64,000 bases of DNA from Candidatus Eiseniibacteriota bacterium (GCA_963703225.1 OY969801.1:1280001-1344000); one strand, 5' to 3'. Shown: positions 1 through 11,355, counted from the stretch's first letter. Program-made: numbers and translations. Notes: generated by a model not told the origin, from the letters alone.

Positions 1-1742
1 TCTCAAGCCCTACCGGAAGCAGGTCGTGCTATCGGTCGTCCTCCTCGGCGTGATCTCGCTCCTCGAGATCGCGGGGCCCTACCTGACCAAGGTGGCGATC
101 GACACCTACGTCAAGCCGACGGCGGGGCGCGGCGCCCTTCCGGCCGACGCGGGCCAAGGCCTCCTGCTTCTCGCCGCGGCGTACGTCGCGATCCTGATCG
201 TGGGATTCGCGCTCCGCTACGTGCAGACCTACACGATGTCGATGGTGGGCCAGCGAGCGATGCAGGACTTGCGGCTCGGGATCTTTCGCCACCTTCAGAT
301 CCCTGACGCCTTCCTACTTCGACACCCGCCCGGTGGGGCGGATCCTGACCCGGGTGACGCAGGACGTGGCCGTGCTCAACGAGTTGTTCGCGCAGGGCGT
401 GGTGGCGGTGATCGGCGACCTCTTCATGCTCTTTGGAATCGTCGGAGCCATGCTCTGGCTCAACTGGAAGCTCGCGCTGGTCACGCTGACCACGGTGCCG
501 CTTCTGGTGATCGCGACCGCGATCTTCCGAGCCAAGGTCCGGGTCTCCTATCGCCGGGTCCGGACCCGTCTCGCGCGGATCAACGCGTTCTTACAAGAAC
601 ATCTGCAGGGGCTCGACATCCTCAAGTTCTTCAACGCCGAGACCAAGGAATGGCGCAAGTTCGACCGGGCGAACCACGATCACTACACCGCACACGTGCA
701 GAATCTCTTCTATTACGCCGTTTTCTTCCCGGCGGTCGAGATCATCGGGGCGATCGCGATCGCGCTCATCCTCTGGTACGGCGGCGGCGGAATTCTGCTG
801 GGCGTGGCGACGTTCGGCGTGGTCGTCGCCTTCATCCAGTACGCGGACCGCTTCTACCAGCCGGTCCGGGACCTGAGCGAAAAGTACAACGTCTTCCAGT
901 CGGCCATGGTCGCGTCGGAGCGGATCTTCGAGCTGCTCGACACCCAGCCCGCGGTCGCCGAGCCCCGGGAGCCCCGCGCGATCGGGCGCCTGAAGGGCGA
1001 GGTGGAGTTCGATCACGTCGGCTTTGCCTACCAGGGGGAAGAATGGGTGCTCCGGGACGTCTCGTTCCGGATCGCGCCGGGGGAAAAGGTGGCCATCGTC
1101 GGCGCCACCGGCGCGGGGAAGTCCACCATCGCGAACCTGCTCATCCGCTTTTACGACTTTCAAAAGGGCGCGATCCGGGTGGACGGCGTCGACATCCGCG
1201 AGATCGAGGGGAAGGCGCTCCGGCGGCAGATCGGGCTCGTGCTGCAGGACGTCTTTCTATTCTCGGGCACGGTGCGCGAGAACATCGCGTTCGGCGATCG
1301 AGGACGCGCCGGTGACGCGGTGGATCGAGCGCTCGCCGAGGTCGGCGGGTCGAGGCTGGCCGTCCGGCTCCCGCGGGGATTGGAGGAGGAGGTGGGGGAG
1401 CGCGGCGCTTACTTCTCGATGGGCGAGCGGCAGATCCTGGCTTTCGCTCGTGCCCTCCACTACGACCCGAGCATCCTGATCCTGGACGAGGCGACCTCGA
1501 GCGTCGACGTGGAGACCGAGCGGGCGATCCAGGCGGCGCTCCGGCGACTCCTGCGCGGCCGCACCTCGCTGGTGATCGCGCACCGCCTGAGCACGATCCT
1601 CGACGCCGATCGAATTCTCGTGATGCACAAGGGAGAGCTGCGTGAGCAGGGGACGCACGCGGAGCTTCTGGCCAAGGACGGCATCTACGCGCGGCTCTAT
1701 GAGCTCCAGTTCGCGCGGCAACAGGAGACGGCGGCGTCATGA
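1..1742 (+). CDS. ABC transporter fused permease/ATP-binding protein (MsbA/MdlB-like exporter); 5' end outside the window; apparent frameshift near 299
   Basis: TM region in ORF 26 (GPYLTKVAIDTY...FRHLQ) continues after one extra base as SLTPSYFDTRPVGRILTRV in the frame of ORF 333..1742. Walker A GATGAGKST, signature FSMGERQ, Walker B ILILDEATS, and IAHRLST. Confidence 0.9.
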
Positions 1743-2548
1743 GCCGAAGCGGACCGCGAGACCTCTCGGTGGCCATCGAGGTCGCCCGGGAGGCGGGGGC
1801 CCTCTTGAAATCGAACTTCGGCAAGGTGCAGGAGGTCGATTTCAAGGGTCGGATCAACCTGGTGACGGAGATGGACCGGCGGTCGGAGCGGCTGATCATC
1901 GAGCGGCTCACCGCCGCTTTCCCCGGCGACGACGTCTGGGCGGAAGAGGGCGGAGGGGGCCGGTCCGGGTCCGAGCGGGTCTGGATCGTCGACCCCTTGG
2001 ACGGGACGACCAACTACGCCCACGAGTATCCGGTCTTCTCGGTCTCGATCGCGCTTCAGATTCAAGGGCGGCTCGAAGTGGGGGTCGTCTACAACCCGCT
2101 GCTCGACGACGTCTACGCCGCACGACGCGGGGGCGGCGCGACGCTGAACGGGCAGCGGCGGCGCGTGACGTCGGTGGACACGCTCGAGCGCGCCTTCCTC
2201 GCCACGGGCTTCGCCTACGACGTGACCGTCTCCGACCCGGAGCGGAACAACGTCGGCCCCTTCTCGCGCTTCCTCGTCCGGGCCCAGGCGGTCCGCCGCG
2301 CGGGCTCGGCCTCGCTCGCCATCGCCAAGGTCGGAGTGGGTCGGACGGACGGGTTCTGGGAGCGGGGACTCCACGCCTGGGACATGGCCGCCGCTCTCGT
2401 GATCGTGGAAGAGGGCGGCGGGTTCATCAGCGACTACGGCGGGGGCGTCCCGGCGTTGGAAGGGGGCGAGTTGGTGGCGACCAACGGACGGCTCCACGCG
2501 TCAATGCTCGAGGTGCTCGCGATGCGGGGCGTGGCGTCGGCGACGTGA
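1739..2548 (+). CDS. suhB: Inositol monophosphatase family protein
   Basis: WIVDPLDGTTNY, RRAGSA and WDMAAA motifs; ATGA overlap with the upstream stop. Confidence 0.9.
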   Translation: MSRSGPRDLSVAIEVAREAGALLKSNFGKVQEVDFKGRINLVTEMDRRSERLIIERLTAAFPGDDVWAEEGGGGRSGSERVWIVDPLDGTTNYAHEYPVFSVSIALQIQGRLEVGVVYNPLLDDVYAARRGGGATLNGQRRRVTSVDTLERAFLATGFAYDVTVSDPERNNVGPFSRFLVRAQAVRRAGSASLAIAKVGVGRTDGFWERGLHAWDMAAALVIVEEGGGFISDYGGGVPALEGGELVATNGRLHASMLEVLAMRGVASAT

Positions 2549-3291
2549 GGACCCTGGTGAAACAGCTCTTCGTGGGGACCCGGTGGGAGTCTCCGCTGAA
2601 GCGCGTCCACTCGCGGATCACGGGGAGCCGGAACAGCCTCTACGATTGGCAGACAATCGCGATCATGCGCCGGGTGCTCCGGCCCGACTCGAACGCGGTC
2701 GACGTCGGCGCGTTTGAAGGGGGAATGCTGCGGCACATGATCCGGCTCGCCCCGAGCGGAACGCATGTCGCGTTCGAGCCGGTGCGCGAGCGGGCGGAGG
2801 CGATCGCGAGGCGATTTCCCACCGCGACGGTCCACCCGGTGGCGCTGGGGGATGCCCCAGGCGAGGCCACGTTTCACTATGTTGTCAGCCACCCCGCGCT
2901 GAGCGGGCTTCGGCGGCGGAGCGACCTCGGCGCCGCCGAGGCCGTGGACGAGAGGCGCGTCCGGGTGGAGACGCTCGATCGCCTGATGCCGCCCGATCAG
3001 CCGGTCGCCTTCGTGAAGATCGACGTGGAGGGCGGCGAGCTTGGAGTCTTTCGGGGCGGCGTCGAAACCTTTCGCCGGCATCGGCCGGTGGTGGTCTTCG
3101 AGTGCGGGCTTGGATCGGCCGACGCGTACGGGGTCGAGCCCGAGGACGTCCACGACGCGGTGTCGGGCGCGATCGGACTCAAGATTTCGCTCCTCGACGC
3201 GTGGCTCGCGGGCTCGGGAGCGCTGTCGCGGGCGCAATTCGCCGATCAGTACCGGGGGCGCGAGAACTTCTACTTTGTGGCGCATGACTGA
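2545..3291 (+). CDS. FkbM family SAM-dependent methyltransferase
   Basis: VDVGAFEG, AFEP, FVKIDVEGGE and PVVVFE motifs; GTG start overlaps the suhB stop (GTGA). Confidence 0.85.
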   Translation: MRTLVKQLFVGTRWESPLKRVHSRITGSRNSLYDWQTIAIMRRVLRPDSNAVDVGAFEGGMLRHMIRLAPSGTHVAFEPVRERAEAIARRFPTATVHPVALGDAPGEATFHYVVSHPALSGLRRRSDLGAAEAVDERRVRVETLDRLMPPDQPVAFVKIDVEGGELGVFRGGVETFRRHRPVVVFECGLGSADAYGVEPEDVHDAVSGAIGLKISLLDAWLAGSGALSRAQFADQYRGRENFYFVAHD

Positions 3292-3334
3292 GGCGCGGCC
3301 ACGCCGAGCGATCGGCCAAACGAGGGGGTAGCGC

Positions 3335-3712
3335 GTGCTGGGATTGTTTCTGAGCGTGCCGGGGGCCGGAGTCCCCTCCGAAAAAGGAGATCCGCCGCCC
3401 GAATGGGCGATGAGAACCTACGTGCTCGGGCTGATCCACCGCGGGCCGAACCGGGTGGCCGACCCCAAGGAAGCGGACGAGCTGCAGCGGGCCCACTTGG
3501 CAAACAACGCCCGGCTCCACAAGGAGGGGAAGCTCATCCTCGCCGGGCCGTTCCTGGACAAGACCGATCTGCGCGGGATCTTCCTCTTCGACCTGAGCAC
3601 GGTGGAAGAGGCCAAGGCGCTCTGCGACACCGATCCGGCCGTCAAGGCCGGGACGCTCCGGGTGGAGCTCCACCCTTGGTATAGCGCGAAGGGGATCGGG
3701 ATCGGGGAGTAG
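3335..3712 (+). CDS. YciI family protein
   Basis: AHLAN...GKLILAGPF...RGIFLF...DPAVKAG pattern; GAGGGGG RBS before GTG. Confidence 0.75.
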   Translation: MLGLFLSVPGAGVPSEKGDPPPEWAMRTYVLGLIHRGPNRVADPKEADELQRAHLANNARLHKEGKLILAGPFLDKTDLRGIFLFDLSTVEEAKALCDTDPAVKAGTLRVELHPWYSAKGIGIGE

Positions 3713-3720
3713 AAGTCGCT

Positions 3721-4692
3721 TCAGTTGGACGGGGATCCAACGAGCCGCTCGAGACGGCGGATCCCCACTTCGTACTCCGCGACGAGCCGCCGCACCACCT
3801 CGGCGGCGGGGACGACGTCGTGGATCAACCCGCTCGACTGGCCGGCCTCCAGCTCGCCTTCCACGGTGTCGCCTTCCAGAATGCCGCGCCGCGAAGCGGA
3901 ACGGCCGTAGACCGGCTCCAGCTCCTCGCGGCTCCATCCGCGAGATTCGGCCTCGCGGACCCGATCGACGAACGGGTTGATGATCGCTCGGACGGGTGCG
4001 ATCTTCTTGGCGAAGAGGGCGGTGGCGTTATCGGCGGCGCCGACCACGGACTCCTTGTAGTGGGGATGGGCGGACGACTCGACAGTGGCGGCGAATCGGG
4101 TGCCGATCGATACTCCGTCGGCGCCGAGGGCCATCGCCGCGAGAAATCCTCGACCGTCGGCGATGCCGCCCGCGGCGCAGACCGGGACCGAGAGCGCGTC
4201 GACGAGCTGCGGGATCAAGGCGAGCGTCGTGATCTCGTCGACGCCGTTGTGGCCCCCCGCCTCGAAGCCCTCGCCCACGACGATGTCGGCGCCCGCGCCT
4301 TCGGCTTTCCGCCCGTGCTTGACGCTGGGCACGACGTGGATCCAGGTCGCGCCGGCCGCCTTGATCCGCGGCGCCAAGAGCGTCGGGTTTCCGGCGCTGC
4401 TCACGATGATGTCGATGCCTTCGCCGAGGGCCACCTCGAGCAGCTCGGCGGCGTCGCCGCGAAGGAGCGGGATGTTCACGGCGATGCGCCGCTGGGTGAG
4501 CGCCCGCGCCTTCTGAATCTGGGAGCGCAGAAGGTCCGGTTTCATCCCCCCCGACCCGATGGTGCCGAGGATCTCGGCTTGGGCGCATGCGGCCGCCAGC
4601 TTGTAGCCAGAGGCCCAGATCATCCCCGCTTGTAGGATGGGGAAGCGGATTCCGAGAATCGCGGTGACGCGGGTTTGAATCCGATCGATCAA
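3721..4692 (-). CDS. Nitronate monooxygenase / FabK-like flavin-dependent oxidoreductase
   Basis: PILQAGM, EGFEAGGH, AAGGIADGRG and GTRF motifs; TTG start overlaps the aroC stop. Confidence 0.85.
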   Translation of the reverse strand: MIDRIQTRVTAILGIRFPILQAGMIWASGYKLAAACAQAEILGTIGSGGMKPDLLRSQIQKARALTQRRIAVNIPLLRGDAAELLEVALGEGIDIIVSSAGNPTLLAPRIKAAGATWIHVVPSVKHGRKAEGAGADIVVGEGFEAGGHNGVDEITTLALIPQLVDALSVPVCAAGGIADGRGFLAAMALGADGVSIGTRFAATVESSAHPHYKESVVGAADNATALFAKKIAPVRAIINPFVDRVREAESRGWSREELEPVYGRSASRRGILEGDTVEGELEAGQSSGLIHDVVPAAEVVRRLVAEYEVGIRRLERLVGSPSN

Positions 4693-5762
4693 GCGTCGAT
4701 CTTCGGGCGCCAGTGCTCGATCGCGCGTTGGCGCAGGAGGGCGTCCGCGAGCACGAGGCAGGTCATCGCCTCCGCCACGGGGACGACGCGGGGGCAGAGG
4801 CAGGGATCGTGGCGGCCCCGGATCGCGAAGTCGCGCTCCTTCCCCCGGGCGTCCACGGTCTTTTGCGGCAGGGCGATGGAGGAGGGGGGCTTCACCGCGA
4901 TCCGGGTCACGATCGGGTCGCCGGTCGAGATGCCGCCCAGGATCCCACCCGCGTGGTTCGACGCGAAGCCCCCCGGCGTCATCCGGTCGTTCATCTGCGA
5001 TCCGCGGAGCGCGGCCGCCCGAAACCCTTCGCCGACCTCGAAGCCCTTGACGGCTCCGATCGACATGAGCCCCCACGCGAGGGAGGCGTCGAGCTTGTCC
5101 ATGACGGGATCGCCCAATCCGGCCGGGACCCCCGTCGCGAGGATCTCCACGACCCCGCCCAAGGAGTCGCCCGCCTCGCGCGCCGCGAGAATGATCCGCT
5201 CCATCTCCGCCGCGGCCTTTCGGTCGGGCGAGCGAACCGGATTCTGCTCCGCGAATTCCAGGTCGCGATCCTGGGCGACCTGGTCGGCGACGCGGATCGT
5301 GTAGGCCTGGACGCGCGCGCCATCCCGTTCGAGGATCTTTCGCGCGACGGCTCCGGCCGCCACGCGGCCGACGGTCTCCCGCCCCGAGGACCGGCCGCTG
5401 CCTCGGTAGTCGCGGACGCCGTATTTCTTCCAATAGGTGTAGTCGGCGTGGCCAGGACGGAAGATGTCTTTGAGTTCGGCGTAGTCCTGGGGCCGGGCGT
5501 CGACGCTTCGCACGACGAGGGCAATGGTGGCGCCGGTCGTGACCCCCTCGAAGACCCCCGAGAGGAGCTCCACGCGGTCGGGCTCCTTCCGCTGGGTCGT
5601 CACGCCGCTCTGGCCGGGGCGGCGGCGGTCGAGATCCCTCTGGATCGTCTCGACGTCGACCGCGATTCCGGGAGGACATCCGTCCAGGATCACGCCGACG
5701 GCCGGTCCGTGGCTCTCGCCGAATGTCGTGATGGTGAGGAGCTTCCCGAACGAGCTGCTCAA
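4689..5762 (-). CDS. aroC: Chorismate synthase
   Basis: TFGESHG, RPGHADY, RSSGRET, NHAGGILGG and GRHDPC motifs. Confidence 0.97.
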   Translation of the reverse strand: MSSSFGKLLTITTFGESHGPAVGVILDGCPPGIAVDVETIQRDLDRRRPGQSGVTTQRKEPDRVELLSGVFEGVTTGATIALVVRSVDARPQDYAELKDIFRPGHADYTYWKKYGVRDYRGSGRSSGRETVGRVAAGAVARKILERDGARVQAYTIRVADQVAQDRDLEFAEQNPVRSPDRKAAAEMERIILAAREAGDSLGGVVEILATGVPAGLGDPVMDKLDASLAWGLMSIGAVKGFEVGEGFRAAALRGSQMNDRMTPGGFASNHAGGILGGISTGDPIVTRIAVKPPSSIALPQKTVDARGKERDFAIRGRHDPCLCPRVVPVAEAMTCLVLADALLRQRAIEHWRPKIDA

Positions 5763-6241
5763 CGGGCCCGCTTTTTCGCGGCGGCCCGCGACGAGGCCGC
5801 CGCGCGGTGGCCGCCCAGCTTGGATCCCCTCGCGATCACCTTGGCCGCGATCCGGAAGGAGTGCTCGCGCCAGGCCTGATGGCGGCGGGCCATCCGCTCC
5901 AGGTTCCAGAGCCACGTGGGGCGAATGTGCTTTCGCGCCCCTTCGACGAGGCCCTTCACCTTGTTCCAGACGACGATGTCCTCGCCGTGGGTGTCGAAGA
6001 ACAGGTCCTCGTCGATCAACCCCCGGTTCACGAAAGCGGCCACCATCTCCCAGTAGGACGTGGCCATTCGGAACTGGCGGTCGAGCTCGTTTCCCGTCAG
6101 GTAATGGGGTCGGATCTCCTCCCAGGTCGCGGCGCTGAATTCGGAGATCATGAAGGCGCGAGCCCGGCGCATCTCGGCCTCGCGGCGAAGCTCGTAGAGT
6201 CGAAGGATGAGATCGGCGTCCTGCGCGGTTGGCTTTCCCAT
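5759..6241 (-). CDS. Conserved hypothetical protein (DUF4760-like)
   Basis: DADLILRLYELRRE...SYWEMVAAFV pattern; stop overlaps the aroC start; start codon uncertain (6241 chosen). Confidence 0.6.
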   Translation of the reverse strand: MGKPTAQDADLILRLYELRREAEMRRARAFMISEFSAATWEEIRPHYLTGNELDRQFRMATSYWEMVAAFVNRGLIDEDLFFDTHGEDIVVWNKVKGLVEGARKHIRPTWLWNLERMARRHQAWREHSFRIAAKVIARGSKLGGHRAAASSRAAAKKRAR

Positions 6242-6342
6242 GGTCACAGAGATTCCTCGCGTGGCGGGGATGGAGTTGGCGGCCATTGTGACCGCGCGCT
6301 CGGGCGTTGTCAAACCGCCGCCCCAGCGGCTACTCTGGCGCG

Positions 6343-6762
6343 ATGCGCTACCTCGTCCACACCGACGGAGCCGCCCGGGGAAATCCGGGCCCCTCCGCGA
6401 TCGGCATCGTGATCCAGGACGATTCGGGACACACGGTCTACGAATCGAGCCGCACGCTCGGCGTGCACACCAACAACGAAGCGGAGTACCTCGCCCTCAT
6501 CGCCGCGCTCACGCAGCTTCGAGAAATGCGCGCGAGGGCAGCCGACTTCCGGCTCGACAGCGAGTTGGTGGTCCGCCAGCTCACGGGCAAGTACAAGGTG
6601 AAGGAGCCGCGGCTTCAATCGCTCCACGGCCAGGCGACGATGCTCCTGAACGCGGTTCCCGACCACTCCATCCGTCACGTGCCGCGCGCACAGAACGCCC
6701 GCGCCGACGCGCTGGCCAACGAGGCGCTCGACGCCGAGGGGCTGCCCAAACCGCCGGCTTGA
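6343..6762 (+). CDS. rnhA: Ribonuclease HI family protein
   Basis: TDGAARGNPG, TNNEAEY, DSELVV and NARADALAN catalytic D/E/D/D motifs. Confidence 0.92.
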   Translation: MRYLVHTDGAARGNPGPSAIGIVIQDDSGHTVYESSRTLGVHTNNEAEYLALIAALTQLREMRARAADFRLDSELVVRQLTGKYKVKEPRLQSLHGQATMLLNAVPDHSIRHVPRAQNARADALANEALDAEGLPKPPA

Positions 6763-6788
6763 ATCTCGCCCCACGGCGGCCATACAAT
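6759..6788 (+). promoter_or_regulatory. Putative sigma70 promoter for rnpB
   Basis: TTGAAT-18 nt-TACAAT just upstream of the RNase P RNA. Confidence 0.6.
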
Positions 6789-6813
6789 CACGAGCGTAAC
6801 AGGCAGGCGCCGA

Positions 6814-7182
<369 letters not shown>

Positions 7183-7188
7183 GCCATC

Positions 7189-8041
7189 GTGTCCCTGCCC
7201 TCCCTTACGATTGGACCCTATCGCGTCACGTTCGTCTCCGGTGGGCGCTTCCGCCTCGACGGAGGCGCCATGTTCGGCGTCGTTCCCAAGGTCTTGTGGA
7301 ACCGGGTTTCTCCCGCCGACGAACGAAACCGGATCCGGATGCGGATGACCTGTCTCCTCATCGAGGGGGATGGAAGGCGCGTCCTCGTGGACGCGGGCTC
7401 CGGCACCAAGAACGACGCCAAATTCCGCGACATCTACGCGATCGAGGGGACCGAATTGCTCACCGAGGACCTGGCGTCGCTCGGGCTCGCCCCCGAGGAG
7501 ATCGACACCGTCGCGTTGACGCACCTTCATTTCGACCACTGCGGCGGCGGCACCACGCGCGGGCCCGACGGCAACGTGACCCCGACGTTTCCCAAGGCGC
7601 GTTATTTGGTGCGAAGGCAGGAATGGCGGGACGCCCACCACGCGAACGAGCGGAATCGCGCCTCCTACCTTTCCGAGAATTACGATCCGCTCGAGGCGTC
7701 CGGGCAGCTGACCATCCACGACGACGATCTGGAATTACTGCCGGGGGTCTGGATGAAATGCCTGCCCGGGCACACGCTCGGCCACCAGGGATGCTTCTTC
7801 GACATTCCCGGGGAGCGCGCCCTCTACCCGGTCGACTTGATCCCGACCGTCGCGCACCTGCCGCTTCCGTACATCATGGGCTTCGACCTCTACCCCATGA
7901 CCACCCTGGAGACCAAGCGGGCGATCCTGCGTGACGCGACGCGGGAGGGATGGCTCCTTCTTGTTCGAGCACGATCCCGACCACTACGCCGTGCGCGTCT
8001 CGGGCACCGAGCGGGAGATCCGTTTCGAGAAAGTGGCTTGA
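7189..8041 (+). CDS. MBL-fold metallo-hydrolase (YtnP-like); frameshift near 7960
   Basis: LDGGAMFGVVPKVLW, THLHFDHCGG and GHTLGHQ motifs; C-terminal FEHDP...EKVA* lies in a shifted frame. Confidence 0.88.
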
Positions 8042-8067
8042 CAGTCGAGCCGCCAAGTTCCTATCCT
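8038..8067 (+). promoter_or_regulatory. Putative sigma70 promoter of the nuo operon
   Basis: TTGACA-18 nt-TATCCT about 90 nt upstream of nuoA. Confidence 0.65.
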
Positions 8068-8159
8068 GCCGCCATTAGCACCTTTTTTCACGAAGTGGGG
8101 CCAGCCCCGGCCCGGGGCCGTCGGCCCGCCATCCAACCGACGCGATTCGAGGGAGTTTC

Positions 8160-8538
8160 GTGAGTCCGGTCGACCCGAACAGCACGGCCGCGTTCATTCC
8201 CATCCTCATGATGGTGGTCGTGGCGACGGGGTTCGCCGTGGCCACGCTCATCGCCTCGCACTTCCTGGGCCGGCGGATCAACGATCCGGCCAAGCTGCTT
8301 CCCTACGAGTGCGGGGTCACCCCGGTCGGGACCGCCCGGGAGCGCTTCCACACACGGTTCTACCTCGTGGCGATGCTCTTCATCGTCTTCGACATCGAGA
8401 CCGTATTCATCTATCCGTGGGCCGTCGTCTACCGAGCAGCTCGCGGTCTTCGGGCTGATCGAGATGGCGGTCTTCGTGGCCATCCTCCTGGCGGGCCTCG
8501 CGTACGTGTGGGGGAAGGGGGCGCTGGAATGGGATTGA
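8160..8538 (+). CDS. nuoA: NADH-quinone oxidoreductase subunit A; frameshift near 8435
   Basis: PYECG, FYLVAMLFIVFDIE and YPWA; the shifted frame gives [32 protein letters not shown]. Confidence 0.93.
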
Positions 8539-9060
8539 TCCCGAACCCCGAGGACCTGGACGCACCATCCCCCGATCAGAAGCGGGTCGTCGATCGGCTC
8601 CGCGGCGAAGCTCGGCGAGGCGGTCGTTCGGGAGCGCTCCTTTCGGGGTCAGCTCTCCGTCTGGATCAAGCGCGAGCGAATCCTCGACGCGCTCCGCCTC
8701 GCGAAGAGCGACCCCGAGCTGGACTGCGAACTCCTGGCCGACGTGACCTCGGTCGACCTCCTCCGCAACCAGGAGCCCGGGGAGCCGCGGTTCGAGGTGA
8801 TCTACAACCTGTACTCGATCACCCACAAGCGCCGGTTCCTGCTCAAGACGGGCGTCGACGACGGACAGACGGTCCCCTCCGCGACGGCGGTCTGGCCGGG
8901 CGCCAACTTCATGGAGCGCGAGGTTTACGACATGATGGGCATCGTCTTCGAGGGACATCCTGGCCTGGAACGGATCCTGACGCCGGACGGATGGCTGGGG
9001 CACCCGCTGCGCAAGGATTTCCCGACCCGCTCCGACCAGTTCCCGAACGTGGAGTCCTGA
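8529..9060 (+). CDS. nuoC: NADH-quinone oxidoreductase subunit C; frameshift near 8603
   Basis: [25 protein letters not shown] and GHPLRKDFP motifs. Confidence 0.92.
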
Positions 9061-9065
9061 GACCC

Positions 9066-9530
9066 GTGCTCTCGGCCGACGCCAAGAAGCGGATCGAATC
9101 ACTCAAGTCGGAGTTCGAGACGAATCAGTCCGCGCTCATCCCGGCGCTTCATGTGGCCCAAGCCGATCAGGGGTGGCTGAGCGAGGAGACCCAGGGCGAG
9201 GTGGCGAAGCTCTTGGAGCTCACCCCGCAGTCGGTCCGCGAAGTCGTGACCTTCTACACGATGTTCCACCAGAAGCCGGTCGGGAAGTACCTCTTGCAGG
9301 TATGCCGCAACCTCTCCTGCTGTCTTCTGGGCGGCCACCGACTCCAGAAACAGATCGAAGAGCGGCTGGGAATCCGGGAGGGGGAAACGACGCAGGACGG
9401 CCGCTTCACGCTGGTCTCGGTCGAGTGCCTGGGCTCGTGCGGCACCGCGCCGGTCCTGATGGTGAACGAGCGATACCACGAGAGCGTCACGCCGCAAGAC
9501 ATCGATCGCCTGCTCACGGAGCTCCAGTAG
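9066..9530 (+). CDS. nuoE: NADH-quinone oxidoreductase subunit E ([2Fe-2S])
   Basis: SALIPALHVAQ, VVTFYTMF, CRNLSC and ECLGSC (all four Cys ligands present). Confidence 0.93.
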   Translation: MLSADAKKRIESLKSEFETNQSALIPALHVAQADQGWLSEETQGEVAKLLELTPQSVREVVTFYTMFHQKPVGKYLLQVCRNLSCCLLGGHRLQKQIEERLGIREGETTQDGRFTLVSVECLGSCGTAPVLMVNERYHESVTPQDIDRLLTELQ

Positions 9531-9534
9531 CCGC

Positions 9535-10521
9535 GTGGACACGGCCACCCTGATCGAGGCCGCGATCAAGGTCCACATCGTCCTCGGTTTCATTCTCCTC
9601 GGCGTTCCCATCATCGTCTGGATGGAGCGCAAGGTGATCGGGCACATGCAGGATCGTATCGGGCCGGAGCGGGTGGGCCCGTTCGGGCTTCTTCAGACGA
9701 TCGCCGACGGGCTCAAGCTCTTCATGAAGGAGGACTTGATCCCCTCGCAATCCGACAAAGTCGTGTTTGTTCTGGCCCCCGCGATCACGGTGATCACCGC
9801 GCTGGTGGCGACGACCGTGATTCCGTGGGGTGACACCATGGAGCTCTTCGGTCGCACGATCACGCTCCACATCACCGACGTCAACATCGCCCTCCTCTTC
9901 GTCCTCGGCACGACCTCGATGGGCGTCTACGGTATCGTCCTCGGCGGATGGGCCTCCAACAGCAAGTACCCGCTGCTCGGCGGCCTTCGCTCTTCGGCCC
10001 AGATGATCTCCTACGAGCTGGCGCAGGGCATCTCGCTGGTGGGGGTGATCATGATCGTAGGCTCGCTGAGCCTCGCCGAGATCGGCCGCGCGCAGGCGCA
10101 CCTGTGGTTCATCGTGCCCCAATTCTTTGGATTCCTCATCTACGTGATCTCCGGCGTGGCCGAGACGAATCGAGCGCCATTCGACCTCGCCGAGGCCGAG
10201 ACCGAGCTGGTAGCCGGGTTTCACACCGAGTACTCCAGCATGAAGTGGGCGTTCTACTTTCTGGGGGAGTACGCGAACATGATGGTCGTGTCCGGGGTCG
10301 CCATCACGGTCTTCCTCGGCGCGTGGAACGGTCCCTTCCTCCCGGGCCCCGTCTGGTTCCTGATCAAGCTCTCGCTCTTTCTGTTCTTCTATGTCTGGCT
10401 CCGGGCCACCTTCCCCCGTCTGCGCTATGACCAGCTGATGGCGTTCGGCTGGAAGGTGCTCCTGCCGGCCTCGCTCTTGAACCTCGCGGGCACCGCCGTG
10501 GTGCTCGCGTTCCGAGGATGA
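9535..10521 (+). CDS. nuoH: NADH-quinone oxidoreductase subunit H
   Basis: ERKVIGHMQDRIGP, ETNRAPFDLAEAETEL and PRLRYDQLM motifs. Confidence 0.97.
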   Translation: MDTATLIEAAIKVHIVLGFILLGVPIIVWMERKVIGHMQDRIGPERVGPFGLLQTIADGLKLFMKEDLIPSQSDKVVFVLAPAITVITALVATTVIPWGDTMELFGRTITLHITDVNIALLFVLGTTSMGVYGIVLGGWASNSKYPLLGGLRSSAQMISYELAQGISLVGVIMIVGSLSLAEIGRAQAHLWFIVPQFFGFLIYVISGVAETNRAPFDLAEAETELVAGFHTEYSSMKWAFYFLGEYANMMVVSGVAITVFLGAWNGPFLPGPVWFLIKLSLFLFFYVWLRATFPRLRYDQLMAFGWKVLLPASLLNLAGTAVVLAFRG

Positions 10522-10525
10522 TCCC

Positions 10526-11038
10526 GTGACGCTCGAACCCCTCCTCTTCGCGATGTTCGGAGGAACCGCGATCGGCTGCGCGTTGGGCGTCATCTTTCAC
10601 CGGAATCCGGTCCACTGCGCGCTCCTCTTGGTCGGCGTGCTGCTCTCGCTCTCGGGCCTCTTCGTCCTGCTCCACGCGCCCTTCATCGCGGCCCTGCAAG
10701 TCCTCGTTTACGCCGGCGCGATCATGGTCCTCTTCCTGTTTGTGGTGATGCTCCTGAACGTGAAGGGAGAGTCGCCGATGCTCACCCCCGGGGCCGCCAA
10801 GGGGTTTGGCATCCTCTTCGCGCTCGTGATCCTGGTCGAGCTTCTCTGGACGGTCCTCTCGCCGGTGGGGGAGCCCTCCGGCCTGCCCGAGGTGACGCTG
10901 CCGGAGGGCTTTGGGTCGCCCGCGGCCGTGGGACGGATTCTCTACACGATTTGGCTCTATCCCTTCGAGATCACTTCGATCCTGCTCCTGGTCGCCGTGA
11001 TCGGAGCGGTGATTCTGGCCAAGAGGAAGTTCTCATGA
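10526..11038 (+). CDS. nuoJ: NADH-quinone oxidoreductase subunit J
   Basis: [24 protein letters not shown] and [12 protein letters not shown] motifs. Confidence 0.95.
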   Translation: MTLEPLLFAMFGGTAIGCALGVIFHRNPVHCALLLVGVLLSLSGLFVLLHAPFIAALQVLVYAGAIMVLFLFVVMLLNVKGESPMLTPGAAKGFGILFALVILVELLWTVLSPVGEPSGLPEVTLPEGFGSPAAVGRILYTIWLYPFEITSILLLVAVIGAVILAKRKFS

Positions 11039-11352
11039 CGGGCGCCCCGGTCGTCGCCCTGTTCTGGTACCAGCTCCTCGCCGCGATCCTGTTCACGATC
11101 GGGATTGTGGGCGTCCTGGTGCGCCGGAGCGCGCTCATCATCTTCATGTCGATCGAGCTGATGCTGAACGCGGTCAACCTGAGCTTTGTGGCCTTTTCGC
11201 GGCAGCACGGCTCGATGGACGGCCACATCTTTGTCTTTTTCGTGATGGCGGTGGCGGCGGCCGAGGTTGCTGTCGGGCTCGCGATCATCGTCGCCATCTT
11301 CCGCAACCGCGATACGACGAACGTCGACGACGTTCGTCTCCTGAAAGGGTAG
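11035..11352 (+). CDS. nuoK: NADH-quinone oxidoreductase subunit K
   Basis: [12 protein letters not shown] and [11 protein letters not shown] motifs. Confidence 0.96.
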   Translation: MTGAPVVALFWYQLLAAILFTIGIVGVLVRRSALIIFMSIELMLNAVNLSFVAFSRQHGSMDGHIFVFFVMAVAAAEVAVGLAIIVAIFRNRDTTNVDDVRLLKG

Positions 11353-11355
11353 GGC

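Noticed and set aside
3284..3334. In-frame ATG...TAG directly upstream of YciI, suggesting amber readthrough
   Set aside because: GTG 3335 has its own RBS, and TAG is used as a normal stop throughout the window.
8160..9530. Apparent 456-aa NuoA-NuoE fusion ORF
   Set aside because: Artefact of the nuoA and nuoC frameshifts; the middle section is out-of-frame nuoC sequence.
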